This document shows, one piece after another, positions 24,489-36,365 of a stretch of DNA of 64,000 nucleotides. The stretch is from Eledone cirrhosa. Taxonomy: Eukaryota. The stretch covers positions 26,164,001 to 26,228,000 of the forward strand of contig OZ024752.1 of the NCBI GenBank assembly GCA_964016885.1. Direction: 5' to 3'. The notes under the pieces were generated by a model. That model saw nothing but the letters and a program-made list of their open reading frames with translations. It was not told the DNA's origin and did not search any database. Made by a program: the position numbers and the translations under genes. The stretch's first letter is position 1. Each line of letters starts with the position of its first letter.

Positions 24489-26588
24489 TTACCGTATTTT
24501 TGGTAGAGGAGGGATGGTTTTTACATCCCTTTTCACTTGATCGTCTGGTGAAGGGACCGTTGAATCGTCCCTTCGGCTGGTCGTCGGCTCTTCTAAGAGA
24601 ATGTCTGAATATACTCTTCGATTAATGGTTCCTCCTAGGTCCCTGAAATCACCAACTGCGTTGGGGAATTTCGTTTTAATGTTTGTGTATTGTTTCTGTG
24701 CTATTTTTAGCAGTCTTATGTTAGTTGGCGTTTTGATTGGTGCTGGTATTATGTAGTCCTGTTGTGAAATGTCTGTGTGTTCAATTATGTAAGTCATTAG
24801 TTTCTTGTTGTGTGTGTTTATTGCCGTGCATTTGTTTTTCTGGGGGTGGGGTGTGGTTCTGCTATTTTCTTGTCGTTGTTGCTGGGTGTGTGTGTTTTGT
24901 TGTTGTGTTTGCGATGTTGGTGCTTGTGGTGGTGGTGTTGAAGGTGTTGTTGGCGGTGGGGTTGTCGCCGGTGGTGATGGTGGTGCTGGTGTGGGTGGTG
25001 ATGGTGTTGGTGGTGTTGCTGCTGTGGGTCTCTTTGCAGTAGACTTTACCCTTTTCTCATTTCTTTCCTCCCTTTTCAAAGGCGACGATGCGCTGCTTCT
25101 GCGTTTGTGCCTTCTTGAGACCTTTTGCCATCCCTCTCCCACCTCACACTCCATGTCTGATTCTGTAAGGTCGGGGAGGGGTACCAGCTCCACTCTTTCA
25201 CTTGTTGTTGTTGGTGATGTTTGCACTGGAGTCTCTGTTGCAGCTGCATTTGGTATTGCTGTTGTTGTTGTTAATATTTCCACTGCTGCTGCTGTCTTTG
25301 ATTTCCGTGGAGTGGGTATGGGTGCCACGGACCTATCGTTCCTGGTTGCCGCTTGTCCTGTTGCTGGTAGCCGTGGAACCGGATTCGGGAGGAGGGGGGT
25401 TTTCTCCTTTCTCAGGGTCTTCTCGTTGCAGAAGGCCCTGAGGTGAGTCTTCGATCCACAGCGAAAGCATTTCGGGCGTTTGCCCTCAACACTTATGGGC
25501 AGTTGAGTGCCGTTATCGAAGTCTATCACATCCGGGATAGCTTCGATGCACTCCTGGTTGGTTTGGATTAGCATCTCAATGGAGGAGCCGACCCAATCTT
25601 CTCTTACTTTTTTCTGTACTTGCAGTACAGTTGTTTTGTCCTCGATTCCGACGAGGACAGACGCGGCCAGCCAAGAAGGGGTCATTCCGGGGGGGACGTG
25701 GGTCAGTTTGACCCTCACAATTTTTTGCCCGCAGTAGGAGGGCACCAACACCATTTCCTCGCTCCTTAGGGTCACTACTGATTGGGCCTTTGCCTCCTGG
25801 GGTGTGGCAAAAAGTACGTCTACGGTGGCGTATTTTTTGCCTCGGGTGATGTGCGTTTTCCTCTGCCACACAGACCCCAAGGCTTTTTGTATTTGGGCCT
25901 CTGTGGCTCTTTCCACCCTACGGGATTTTGTACTTACTGTACGGTACGTGACCGTACAGTGCTCTTGGGTTTCGAAAAAATTTTTCGCTGCCTTGCAGAT
26001 TGCTCGGTGTCCGTTCTTTGTCACCATCTTCTTCGCTTCCTCTAATTCCTCATTTGTTATGAGGATTGTTTCCAGGTTTTTCGCAATACCTGCAAATGAG
26101 ATTGGTTTTTCTCTGCTGTTGTTGTTGTCGTCAGAGCTGCTGGTACTTTTGTTGTTGCTGCAGGTACTACGACTACTGCCTCCGCCGCTGTTGCTGTGGT
26201 TGTTGTTGGTGTTGCTGCTGCTAATGCTGTTGTTGTTTATGCTGCTGGTGATGCTGTTGCGGCTGCTACTGTTGTTTTCATTGTCACTGTTGCTGTTGTT
26301 ATTACGGCTGCTACTGCTATTATTCCTGACGTCAGACGAATGAACTGGGTTTTCGTATTTCCCGCACACCTGTTTCGTCGCTGTCGTCGTCGTCGTGGAG
26401 AAACCTTGCACGCTTTGCACGAGACTTTTCTTTTCTTTCGTCGCTTGCGAAAGAGAAGGTAGGGAGAGAGACACATTTAAAGAAGGGAGGGAGAGAGACA
26501 ATCTTCTCTCTCCTGTAGTGATGATTGAGGAAGAAGAAGACGGAATGAGTGGGAGTGACGTGTGAAATTTTTTTTTTTTGGTAGCCAT
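24489..26588 (-). CDS. ORF1: gag-like nucleic-acid-binding protein with CCHC zinc knuckle
   Basis: First ATG at 26588 (MATKKKKF). CFRCGSKTHLRAFC knuckle. N/S-rich and P/T-rich low-complexity linkers. Lies upstream of ORF2. Confidence 0.88.
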   Translation of the reverse strand: MATKKKKFHTSLPLIPSSSSSIITTGERRLSLSLPSLNVSLSLPSLSQATKEKKSLVQSVQGFSTTTTTATKQVCGKYENPVHSSDVRNNSSSSRNNNSNSDNENNSSSRNSITSSINNNSISSSNTNNNHSNSGGGSSRSTCSNNKSTSSSDDNNNSREKPISFAGIAKNLETILITNEELEEAKKMVTKNGHRAICKAAKNFFETQEHCTVTYRTVSTKSRRVERATEAQIQKALGSVWQRKTHITRGKKYATVDVLFATPQEAKAQSVVTLRSEEMVLVPSYCGQKIVRVKLTHVPPGMTPSWLAASVLVGIEDKTTVLQVQKKVREDWVGSSIEMLIQTNQECIEAIPDVIDFDNGTQLPISVEGKRPKCFRCGSKTHLRAFCNEKTLRKEKTPLLPNPVPRLPATGQAATRNDRSVAPIPTPRKSKTAAAVEILTTTTAIPNAAATETPVQTSPTTTSERVELVPLPDLTESDMECEVGEGWQKVSRRHKRRSSASSPLKREERNEKRVKSTAKRPTAATPPTPSPPTPAPPSPPATTPPPTTPSTPPPQAPTSQTQQQNTHTQQQRQENSRTTPHPQKNKCTAINTHNKKLMTYIIEHTDISQQDYIIPAPIKTPTNIRLLKIAQKQYTNIKTKFPNAVGDFRDLGGTINRRVYSDILLEEPTTSRRDDSTVPSPDDQVKRDVKTIPPLPKIR

Positions 26589-26881
26589 GTTTTTTTTGTT
26601 TAAAATGAAATTTTGGGTACAAAACCCCAATAACTGGCTATTTAACCCCGAAGGGCCAAATAACGGACAGAAAGACCCCTCTCACGAGGAGGAGGGTGTC
26701 TTTATCAACAATTTGGTTCAAGTTTTAAACAATTTACAATTGTTTTAACGGTTAAAAATTACTATACCTTACAGAGCCGAGCCTCCGTCAACCATGGCAT
26801 TCAATAATAATAATAATAATAACGACAACAACAATAATAATATACACATTCATACACACACACACACGCACGCACATAAGC

Positions 26882-26919
<38 letters not shown>

Positions 26920-26927
26920 GATAGCAA

Positions 26928-27860
26928 CTAACAGTGCTGCGATCGAATGTGGCTTTTTAGCCCAGCCAATGATCCAAAATGTCTTGCACAGAGTCGGCAA
27001 CCAAAACATTTACTGGGAATAGTCGGCTGTGGTTGGAGTTCGTGTACTTTTGCATGTCGCTTGAGTCCTCCTGCTGATTTACATTCTCTACCACATGTTT
27101 GGCAAGCATGATGAGTAGCATCTCCAACAGCAGCCTGGTAGTCAACCACTGGTCTTACTTTATGACTGCGAAGATGACTTTCGAGTCCAGCTTTGCTTAG
27201 GCAGAGTCTCGCACAGACGCTGCATGTCAGAAACATAGGAGGACCCTCGCCGTCTGGAAGTGCAACAGCAATACCCTTCCTCACGTCCCGCTTTACTTTC
27301 TCGTGTGCGATTCGAGATGCCTCAAAGGCAACTTTTCCCTCATATACAGTCTTTCTCCATTTATTACGATCAGCAGCAATATTTTCCCATGTATCAGCAG
27401 AGATGTTAGCGTCTTTCAGAGAGGCCTTCAAGGAATCCTTATACCTCTTTTTTGGTTTATGTGGCGGTCGTTTTCCTTTAACCAACTCTCCATAGAAGAG
27501 TTGTTTTGGTATTCTAGAATCCTTCATCCTGGCAAGGTGACCACTCCAACGGAGTCGCTGCTTAAGCACAAGAGCTTCTATACTGTCACACATAGAGCTT
27601 TCCAAAATCTCGACATCACTGATGTGGTCCCTCCAGCGAACGCCATGTATCCGTCTGAGACACATCTGATGGAAACGCTCCAATTGCTTAAGGTGGCGTC
27701 GATATGTGACCCAGGTCTCGCAGGCATAAAGAAGACAAGAGAGTACACATGCCCTGTACACCCTTACCTTTGTCCTCCTGCATATGTCTCGCCGACCCCA
27801 GAGTCGCCTTTCTAGCTTTCCGAAAGCATCACTTGCTTTCCTAATCCTAAGTGAGATTTC
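26928..27860 (-). pseudogene. RTE ORF C-terminal part (RT thumb plus three C2H2 zinc fingers)
   Basis: EISLRIRKASDAFGKL, TKVRVYRACVLSCLLYACETW, RLRWSGHLARM and RIPKQLFYGEL, followed by three C2H2 motifs. Confidence 0.92.
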
Positions 27861-28124
27861 ACCTAAGTGAGATTTCATCATAAATACATACGTGTATACA
27901 TACATACATACATACATACATACATACATACATACATACATACATACATACATACATACATACATACATACATACATACATACATACATACATAGATATA
28001 CATACACACATAGATACATACATACCTGTATACATACATGTATACATACACACATTCATACATACACACATACACACATACATATACACACATACATATA
28101 TGCATACATACATACGCATACATA

Positions 28125-28510
28125 CGGCTTGATATTGTTGTTTGGGACCACTCATTGAAAATGTGATCTGTTGTGGACCTCAGCTGCCCAGATGTAAACG
28201 TTGTGAGAAAAATACAGGAAGACCATTGATGAGGAGTTTACAAATCCAGTATCCAAGATACACCTTTAGCTTTATACCCATCATTATTGGAGCTACGGGT
28301 TATATACCAACCCGCTTGGACCAAAGTATGACTGAACTTGGATTTGTGGACAAAGAGCGCAGCTCCCTAATTCATAGTCTACAAATGGGTGCGAAAGCTG
28401 GCACCTTCAAAGTTTGCAAAACATTCTTGCGATTCAAGGGATGACAATTTCTTTTCTTTTACAACCTTGCCACCAGGAAGGTGGCCATTCAAAAATATAC
28501 TCGTAATTGA
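28125..28510 (+). mobile_element. Degenerate R4/Dong-like 3' fragment
   Basis: LMRSLQIQYPRYTFSFIPIIIGATGY...GTFKVCKTF is homologous to the end of the 10891-11795 element. CATA/CA-rich flanks. Confidence 0.75.
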
Positions 28511-28882
28511 GAGAAAGAGGCATACACACATACATAAATACATACATACACACAGAGACACACACATACATACATACACACAGACACACATACATACACA
28601 CATACATACATATATATATATGCACGGCACGTATAAAACGCCTAAGATATGCCTAACATATAAAAGCGGTACCGTTTCCCCAAAGTGTAGGGCTTTAAGC
28701 CATTGTTAGAATTCTTGTCATTAGCCAACCAACCATATCAGGGAAACCATTTCTCAGAAATTTCATGAATAGTCAGAAAATTCTACATGTCGAAGCAGTG
28801 CCTTTACAAATGATTCTGAAAATCCATCTCAGTTACATATGTGTGTGTATATATGTTACAGTTACATACAATTACATATGTG

Positions 28883-28973
<91 letters not shown>

Positions 28974-29017
28974 ATATATATATATATATATAGAGAGAGA
29001 GATTTCTACATATATAT

Positions 29018-29062
<45 letters not shown>

Positions 29063-29081
29063 ATATATATATATGTATATA

Positions 29082-29119
<38 letters not shown>

Positions 29120-29332
29120 ATATATATATATGTATATATATATTTTATATATATATATAAAATAGAAAACACGGGCAAGCATTAAGAGAAGAATTTTATC
29201 CAGGTATTTACGACCGTTTCATTGGTAAGTGCAACCTATACTGCAAATGGCAGGCACTCAATTATAATTGTTGTTCACAGTCCAAATTTTCAAAATAGTG
29301 ACTGGATCACAATAAGCAATTTTCTGCTTCCA

Positions 29333-29373
<41 letters not shown>

Positions 29374-29924
29374 ATATATATGTATATATATATATATGCA
29401 TGTATATATACGCATATTATATTTTTGTTTTCAATTTTTAAAATATCTTGAATTTTTCGTTCCCTTTTTTATATTTTATGTATTTCTGTTATATTTTATT
29501 TATTATTATTATTATTATTTTTTTGCTTTATTTTAGAAAAGTATTTTCTTTGAATTTTATGTTTACTTCCTTTGGTTAATATTGGTTAAGATGTAATAAG
29601 AATGTTAGGGCGGCGTGGTTGATGAAGGAAATTGGAGGTAGGGTACAAGAGAAACTGAAGGGCTGAAAAGAGAGAGAGAGCTGATTGAGGAGAATTGGAA
29701 CGTAGATGTGTGTGTGTGTGTATGTGTCAGTGTGTGTGAGAGGGAGAGAGGGGATGGAGAGGAGGAGAAAGGGAGAGAGAGGGGGATAAAAGGAGGGGAG
29801 GGGGAAAAAAGGAGAGGGAGGGGGAGAAACGGAGAGAGAGAGAGAGAAAGAAGAGGAAAATGGGATGAGAGAGTGGAGTAGATAGGGTGACAACGAGAGG
29901 GGGAAGAAAAGGGTTGGAGAGCGA

Positions 29925-30350
29925 GAGGAGGGGAGAAAGGAGATGAGAGAGAGAAGAGGGGATAAAGGAGATGAGAGAGAGAGGAGGGGATAAAGGAGAT
30001 GAGAGAGAGAGGAGGGGATAAAGGAGATGAGAGAGAGAAGAGGGGAGAAAGGTGATGAGGGAGAGAGGAGGGGAGAAAGGAGATGAGGGAGAGAAGAGGG
30101 GAGAAAGGTGATGAAGGAGAGAGGAGGGGAGAAAGGTGATGAGGGAGAGAGGAGGGGAGAAAGGAGATGAGGGAGAGAAGAAGGCAGAAAGGTGATGAGG
30201 GAGAGAGGAGGGGAGAAAGGTGATGAGGGAGAGAGGAGGGGAGAAAGGAGATGAGGGAGAGAAGAGGGCAGAAAGGAGATGAGGGAGAGAGAGGAGAGAG
30301 CCACAGGGAGAAAGGAGATGAGAGAGAGGAGGAAGAAAGGAGATGAGAGA
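29925..30350. repeat. 28-bp polypurine minisatellite (AAAGGAGATGAGGGAGAGAGGAGGGGAG)
   Basis: Period of 28 (for example AAAGG at 30076 and 30104), within a larger GA-rich tract. Confidence 0.85.
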
Positions 30351-31093
30351 GATAGATTGCGTGAAATAGGGGTGGAGAGAGAACGCTTAATGGTGAATGT
30401 ATAATAAGAGCGTCGTCTCTCCGTCCGTCCGTCCGTCCGTCCCTCCGTCCGCCACGCGAGAGATATATACATAAACAGAGAAAGGGGAACGCCGTGTTTT
30501 CGAGGTGACAGAAAGAGGTAGATAGACAGAAAGTTATGATGTCACCCTCATCTATTAGAGAGGGGGAACGCCTAGCAGAAGAGATGTACAGAGATAGAGA
30601 GAAAGAGAAGGAGAGAGGAAGAGAGAGGGAGAGTGTGTGTGAAAGCCAACAAAGGAGAACAGGAGGAAAAATGATTGTGTTTGTGTTTGTGTGTATATAT
30701 GTGTGTATGTGTGTTTGTATGTGTGTGTGTATATATGTGTGTATGTGTGGTTGTATGTGTGTGTGTTGTGCGTGTTTATGTGTGTGTGTGTGCGTGTGTG
30801 TGTGTTTAGATGTGTGTGTGTATTTATGTGCGTGTGTGTGTTTAGGTGTGTGTTTATGTGTGTATGTGTGTGCGTGTGTGTGTACGTGTGTGTATGTATG
30901 TATGTGTGTGTGTATGAGTGTGCGTGTGTATGTATATGTGTGTGCTTGTGTGCGTATGTGTGTCTGTGTGTGTGCTTATGTGTGTGTTAAGAAATATGTA
31001 ATCACGACAGTGGCGATGGATAGAAGGATAGATATACAGACCGCTAGTATGTCTCCTCTCTCTATATATCTATCTATCTATCTCTCTCCCTCG

Positions 31094-31715
<622 letters not shown>

Positions 31716-31723
31716 GTGTGTGT

Positions 31724-31992
31724 AGGTGGAGTCACCTGGCCTAGTAGTAAGGATGTTGGACTTACGATCATAATGTTGTGGGTTCGATTCCTGAGTTTGC
31801 GTGTTGTGCTCTTGAGCAAAACACTTCATTTCACGTTGCTCCAGTATACTCGGCTGAAAATAAGTACCAGCAATAGTTGGGGGGTTTAACCCTGCAATGG
31901 ACTGGCGTCCTGTCCAGGGGGAGTCTTGTACTCTCAGTCGCATCACGCCACGAAACCGGGATAAGCACCTGCCAAATGAGCCTTTAGACTTT
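31724..31992 (+). mobile_element. tRNA-derived SINE with a CORE/V-like body
   Basis: A box TGGCCTAGTAG, B box GGTTCGATTCC, body motifs GTTGTGCTCTTGAGCAAAACACTT and CCCTGCAATGGACTGGCGTCCTGTCCAGGG. Confidence 0.8.
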
Positions 31993-32075
31993 GTATATAT
32001 ACATATAAAAGAAAGAAAATTTCGCTCTACACGGCTGAATACAATAAATGTAATGTGAGTTTTTCGAATATTAAT

Positions 32076-32248
32076 AATTGTTTCTACTTTTGGCACAAAG
32101 CCAGCAATTACCCAGTGTATTACTGGTACTTTATTTTATTGACGCCCTAAGAATGAAAGGCAAAGTTGACCCCGGCGGGATTTGAACTCAGAATGGCAAG
32201 GGCCGTAACTCTATGCTAGAAAGCATGGGATCCAACTCTCTACCGATT
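32076..32248 (-). mobile_element. tRNA-derived Nin-type SINE
   Basis: Family match. A further partial copy lies at 32965-33089 (minus). Confidence 0.85.
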
Positions 32249-32527
32249 CGTTTGCAATTTTGCAAACAAGCCTCAGTTTTGTAGCCATGTTAGTAGCGAA
32301 ATTTTCTTTCTTTTTTATTTGAATTTGGCAAAGCCGGCCATTTATCGTTCGTATACAGGAAACTGACTGGCCAGTCTGCTGATATGCAAATCTCGCTGAT
32401 CAGTGGATCTGCTACTATGCAGTTCTGACTGATCAGCCAGTCTGCTAATATGTAAATCAGGCCGATCAGTCACTGTGTGTTTTTGAAAATAGCATATATT
32501 TTCACTAGCTCTGACAGTTTGGGAGGT

Positions 32528-32589
32528 GAACAGTGAGCTGTACTGATGAAGGGTGATACCCAGAAACATTAGTGTCTGCAGTTCTGTTC
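32528..32589 (+). ncRNA. Type I hammerhead ribozyme motif
   Basis: GAACAG..CTGTA-CTGATGA-aGGGT(gat)ACCCa-GAAA-CA(ttag)TG-TC-TGCAG..CTGTTC, giving a GUC triplet. Confidence 0.8.
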
Positions 32590-32603
32590 GCATGCTAGGA
32601 ACT

Positions 32604-32776
32604 AGGTGGACCATAACGCACCAGAGTACTCAATACTTAAGGTAGTAGAGTGTGTAATAGGAAAATATTCAAGACCCCGACGGCAGAGCTCCAGCCATTT
32701 CGACGGCTATTTCTGGTCCAGAAATAGCCGTCGAAACGGCTTGAGCCATGCCGTCGGGGTCTTGAACATGTTCCTA
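32604..32776. mobile_element. PLE fold-back pivoting in HHR helix II
   Basis: TTTC-GACGGCTATTTCTGG-T-CCAGAAATAGCCGTC-GAAACGGC..GCCGTCGGGGTC. Confidence 0.8.
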
Positions 32777-33514
32777 TATATATATAGTATATATATATTC
32801 GTTCCCGTCGCAGAACTGGCTCTACCAAATTGGGTTGGGTGTGAAAGGGAGAGCTTGGTGCTATAAACGTTGCAATGATTGGATTAGACTATCCTAAATT
32901 GCATATATTTGGGGCAGGGCACCGTTTGTGAAACTAAAAACAACCCCAGCGCATTAATGTTGTTTTATTTTATCGACACCGTAAGGATGGAAGGCAAAGC
33001 TAACCTTGGCTGAACTCAGATCGTAAAGGGCCGTAACCCTATGCCACAATGCATGTTGTCCGACGCTCTACCAATACTGCCAATTCACTGCCCTTGTCCG
33101 ATTATTAAAACCACCAAGCCAGCACCACACTTATGGGGACGGAGCAAGTGGTGGTAATAGTATTACTAAATGCACCCCAGCATTACTACTACAACATCAC
33201 CACCACCGCCATCACTGACGACACTCCCTCGCCACCCCTCTCGTCATTAACAACATTACCACCTTCATATGACACCACACAACCACAATCATGGAACTGG
33301 TAGCCGACTTACTGTGCGGTTCACAGTTGACGCCGCTAATTACAAACAGACTGGCTGATTTCTGGCCTCGTTTTTTTTTATTCTTTGAGAAATCGCACAA
33401 ACTCACGGTCACAGACTAAAGGACACAGACAGGGATATAGAATCTTACACACACAAACACACAGACACACACGTACACAAAGCTATAGACATGCACACAC
33501 ACACGTACATACAC

Positions 33515-33558
<44 letters not shown>

Positions 33559-33725
33559 CTATTAGCTTTCTCCGATTATGTATTTATATATATATATATA
33601 TGATAATAATAAAAAGGACGATTTGTTATATCTTCATGACGTTTATTGAGTAGTGACGCGCGTTTCGCTATTGATAAGCTTAAGTTTCGATCTGTATCGA
33701 TCTGATCTAACCCGACTCTGGAATT

Positions 33726-33790
<65 letters not shown>

Positions 33791-33794
<4 letters not shown>

Positions 33795-36334
33795 AACCAG
33801 TAAGACCCCGACAGCTGAGCTCAAGCCGTTTCGACGGCTAATTCTGGACTAAATGAAAATTTATCCTGGTATTTAAATAGCCGATCTTCTCAAGGGGTAA
33901 TTCCATATATGGTCAAAGTGATTGTCAAAAATCAGTAGTAATTCTGTGGTTGCAAATTAGTAGGGGAGATGGTGGCTAAACCTGCCAGTAGGAGAAAGAG
34001 GGGAGGGGTGGAGTAGACCCAATCAAGCGTTGGTAGTGCCAGCTACAGCTGGGCATGAGGTCAAAGAAGATACAGGGGAGGGGAGGGGGAGGAAGTCGGA
34101 ACGGTAGGTAGAACAATGGGGGGTAGAAATATATAGGAAAGAAAAAATACTGAGAGTGAAGAAAAGCAAATAAGTGTAAAGAAAAAAGTAAAGTAAATTA
34201 AATTCTACGACCTAGGTCTCTAGCTATTGTTAGGCTAGAATAAATAAATAAAGAAAGAAAGAAGTAAAGTGGTTTCCGGGAGGAAATATCCTACTGTCCA
34301 GCTCCCATTAGCGGAACCAGCAGGAGACACCGCCGCTCACGCAATGTAACATGGTTCAATCCTCCCCACAACGCAGAGGTGACAACTCCCATCGGGAAAC
34401 TATTCTTTAGGCTCATTGAAAAACACTTCCCATTACAACACCGCTACCACAACATAATTAACAAAAATACCATCAAACTCTCTTACAGCACTACACCAAA
34501 CTTCGCACAAAACATCGTCTCCTCTAACAACAAAAAACTCAACCCCGATGGCAGAAATAACCTAAATAGCAGTGGAGAACCGACCAGGAGGTGTAACTGC
34601 CCGGATAGATCTATTTGCCCACTCGACAATAGATGCAGAGACCGTAATGTGATCTACCAGTGCAACGTGAGGACGGATACCTCCAACAAAGCCTATATAG
34701 GACTTACCGCATGTGACTTCAAGACCCGGCTATACCAACATAGACATACCTTCCGAAACCCGGCCCGGCGTCACGCCACTACACTTTCGGGCCACATATG
34801 GGACCTCAAGGACAAAAACATCACCTATGATCTCACTTGGAGATTACTGTCCAGAGCCAATTCTTACACGGGAGGACGCCGTCCGTGCAATTTATGCTCG
34901 GAGGAAACTTTACAAATGCTGTTTTCGACGGACCAACTCCTAAACAAGAAAGATGAACTGGTTACTGCATGTAAACATAGATTGCGTAGGACTTACCTCG
35001 CCCTCAAACCCCATAATGACCCGGGGGGGGGGGTAGACTAGGGCTATAACACCCCACTTGCCGATTTTGCAATGGGTAACCCCTGCTTGCCAAGGGAGAC
35101 GTAAGATCTTCTTTGTATTCTTTTATCGCTTCCTTTATTTCCTTCCCCCCTCTCTCCTTAGTCCTTCTACCCCAGCTCTTCTCCTTTGTCGGCGTCTTTT
35201 CTCGCCCACCCGAGGCTGCCCTTTGGCCCCTTGTAGCCTTAGTACCCCCACCCCCTCCCCTAGTCTATGATAGATTTGGCGGACTCCGCCCTTTATAGCA
35301 GTTGGTTTAGACCCCGGATACTTGTCCCCTTTTTCCGACCGCTCCCACTATTCTCTGTGCCCTCTATATTTCTTAGTGGCACTTATGCCTTATTTTTTCG
35401 TTTCAGTATTTCTTTCTTCGCTTTTCTTTTGGGCGGGGTGGATTCTGAATTTATTTTTCCGTATTCTACCTTTACTTCGTACGAACTTTCATGTAGCTTG
35501 TTTTAGATCTTTTAGAGTTAGCATTAGTATATATTTTTCTCGGGACTCAGAATTATTATCTCGTACAAGTTCACTTTGCTGCACTGGGTGGTTGCTGGCA
35601 TTGTGCCCGGGATGGAAGCCTTTATTGTTTATTTCGTGGTAGTCTCTTTAGTATTTTGGCCCCTTTTGTTGACCCGTCACCGTATCATTTACGTACTTAT
35701 ACCTCTTAAAAGGGTCCTTGCCTATTCCGTCCCACCTAGTTCTTTTACTTATTTCGTTATTTCTTTATTTCTTTCTTTACTTCTTTCTTTCTTTATTTAT
35801 TTATTCTAGCCTAACAATAGCTAGAGACCTAGGTCGTAGAATTTAATTTACTTTACTTTTTTCTTTACACTTATTTGCTTTTCTTCACTCTCAGTATTTT
35901 TTCTTTCCTATATATTTCTACCCCCCCATTGTTCTACCTACCGTTCCGACTTCCTCCCCCTCCCCCTCCCCTGTATCTTCTTTGACCTCATGCCTAGCTG
36001 TAGCTGGCACTACCAACGCTTGATTGGGTCTACTCCACCCCCTCCCCTCTTTCTCCTACTGGCAGGTTTAGCCACCATCTCCCCTACTAATTTGCAACCA
36101 CAGAATTACTACTGATTTTTGACAATCACTTTGACCATATATGGAATTACCCCTTGAGAAGATCGGCTATTTAAATACCAGGATAAATTTTCATTTAGTC
36201 CAGAATTAGCCGTCGAAACGGCTTGAGCTCAGCTGTCGGGGTCTTACTGGTTCCTATTACCCACTCTACTACCTCAAGTATTGAGTACTTTGGTGCGTTA
36301 TGGTCCACCTGGTTCCTTACCACATTTCCTTCGT

Positions 36335-36335
<1 letters not shown>
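33791..36335 (+). mobile_element. 5'-truncated Penelope-like element with inverted pseudo-LTRs, in (TA)n
   Basis: 33791-34269 is the near-perfect reverse complement of 35775-36257. A GIY-YIG ORF lies between them. The 3' copy has an extra tail of about 80 bp. (TA)n on both sides. Confidence 0.93.
34340..35041 (+). CDS. PLE C-terminal region: Cys-rich linker plus GIY-YIG endonuclease (5'-truncated; probably Naiad-type, inferred)
   Basis: TWFNPP, KLSYS, CNCx5CPLx3C, VIYQC..YIGLT, FKTRLYQH and CNLCSEE. Confidence 0.88.
   Translation, partial: RNVTWFNPPHNAEVTTPIGKLFFRLIEKHFPLQHRYHNIINKNTIKLSYSTTPNFAQNIVSSNNKKLNPDGRNNLNSSGEPTRRCNCPDRSICPLDNRCRDRNVIYQCNVRTDTSNKAYIGLTACDFKTRLYQHRHTFRNPARRHATTLSGHIWDLKDKNITYDLTWRLLSRANSYTGGRRPCNLCSEETLQMLFSTDQLLNKKDELVTACKHRLRRTYLALKPHNDPGGGVD

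Positions 36336-36365
<30 letters not shown>

Larger units (their letters stand above)
20770..26802 (-). mobile_element. Full-length L1-Tx1 non-LTR retrotransposon (about 6.0 kb) in (AAT)n
   Basis: Two intact ORFs separated by 35 bp. AATAAA near the 3' end followed by (ATT)n. (AAT)n on both flanks (20710-20769 and 26803-26821). Confidence 0.93.
20647..27878 (-). mobile_element. 5'-truncated RTE-clade LINE, split by the Tx1 insertion, with target-site duplication
   Basis: 3' terminus ATGGCCATACTCGATAACGAGGGGGCAGCCATC at 20647-20679. TSD CATAAATACATACGTGTATA(CATA)n at both 20608 and 27879. ORF remnant at 26928-27860. Confidence 0.85.

Noticed and set aside
21361-26462. Overlapping and antisense ORFs within the Tx1 element
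   Set aside because: They are expected by-products of GC-rich coding sequence and show no motifs.
34340-35041. Selenocysteine recoding as reported for some Naiad PLEs
   Set aside because: There is no in-frame TGA in the visible ORF and I could not support a SECIS element.
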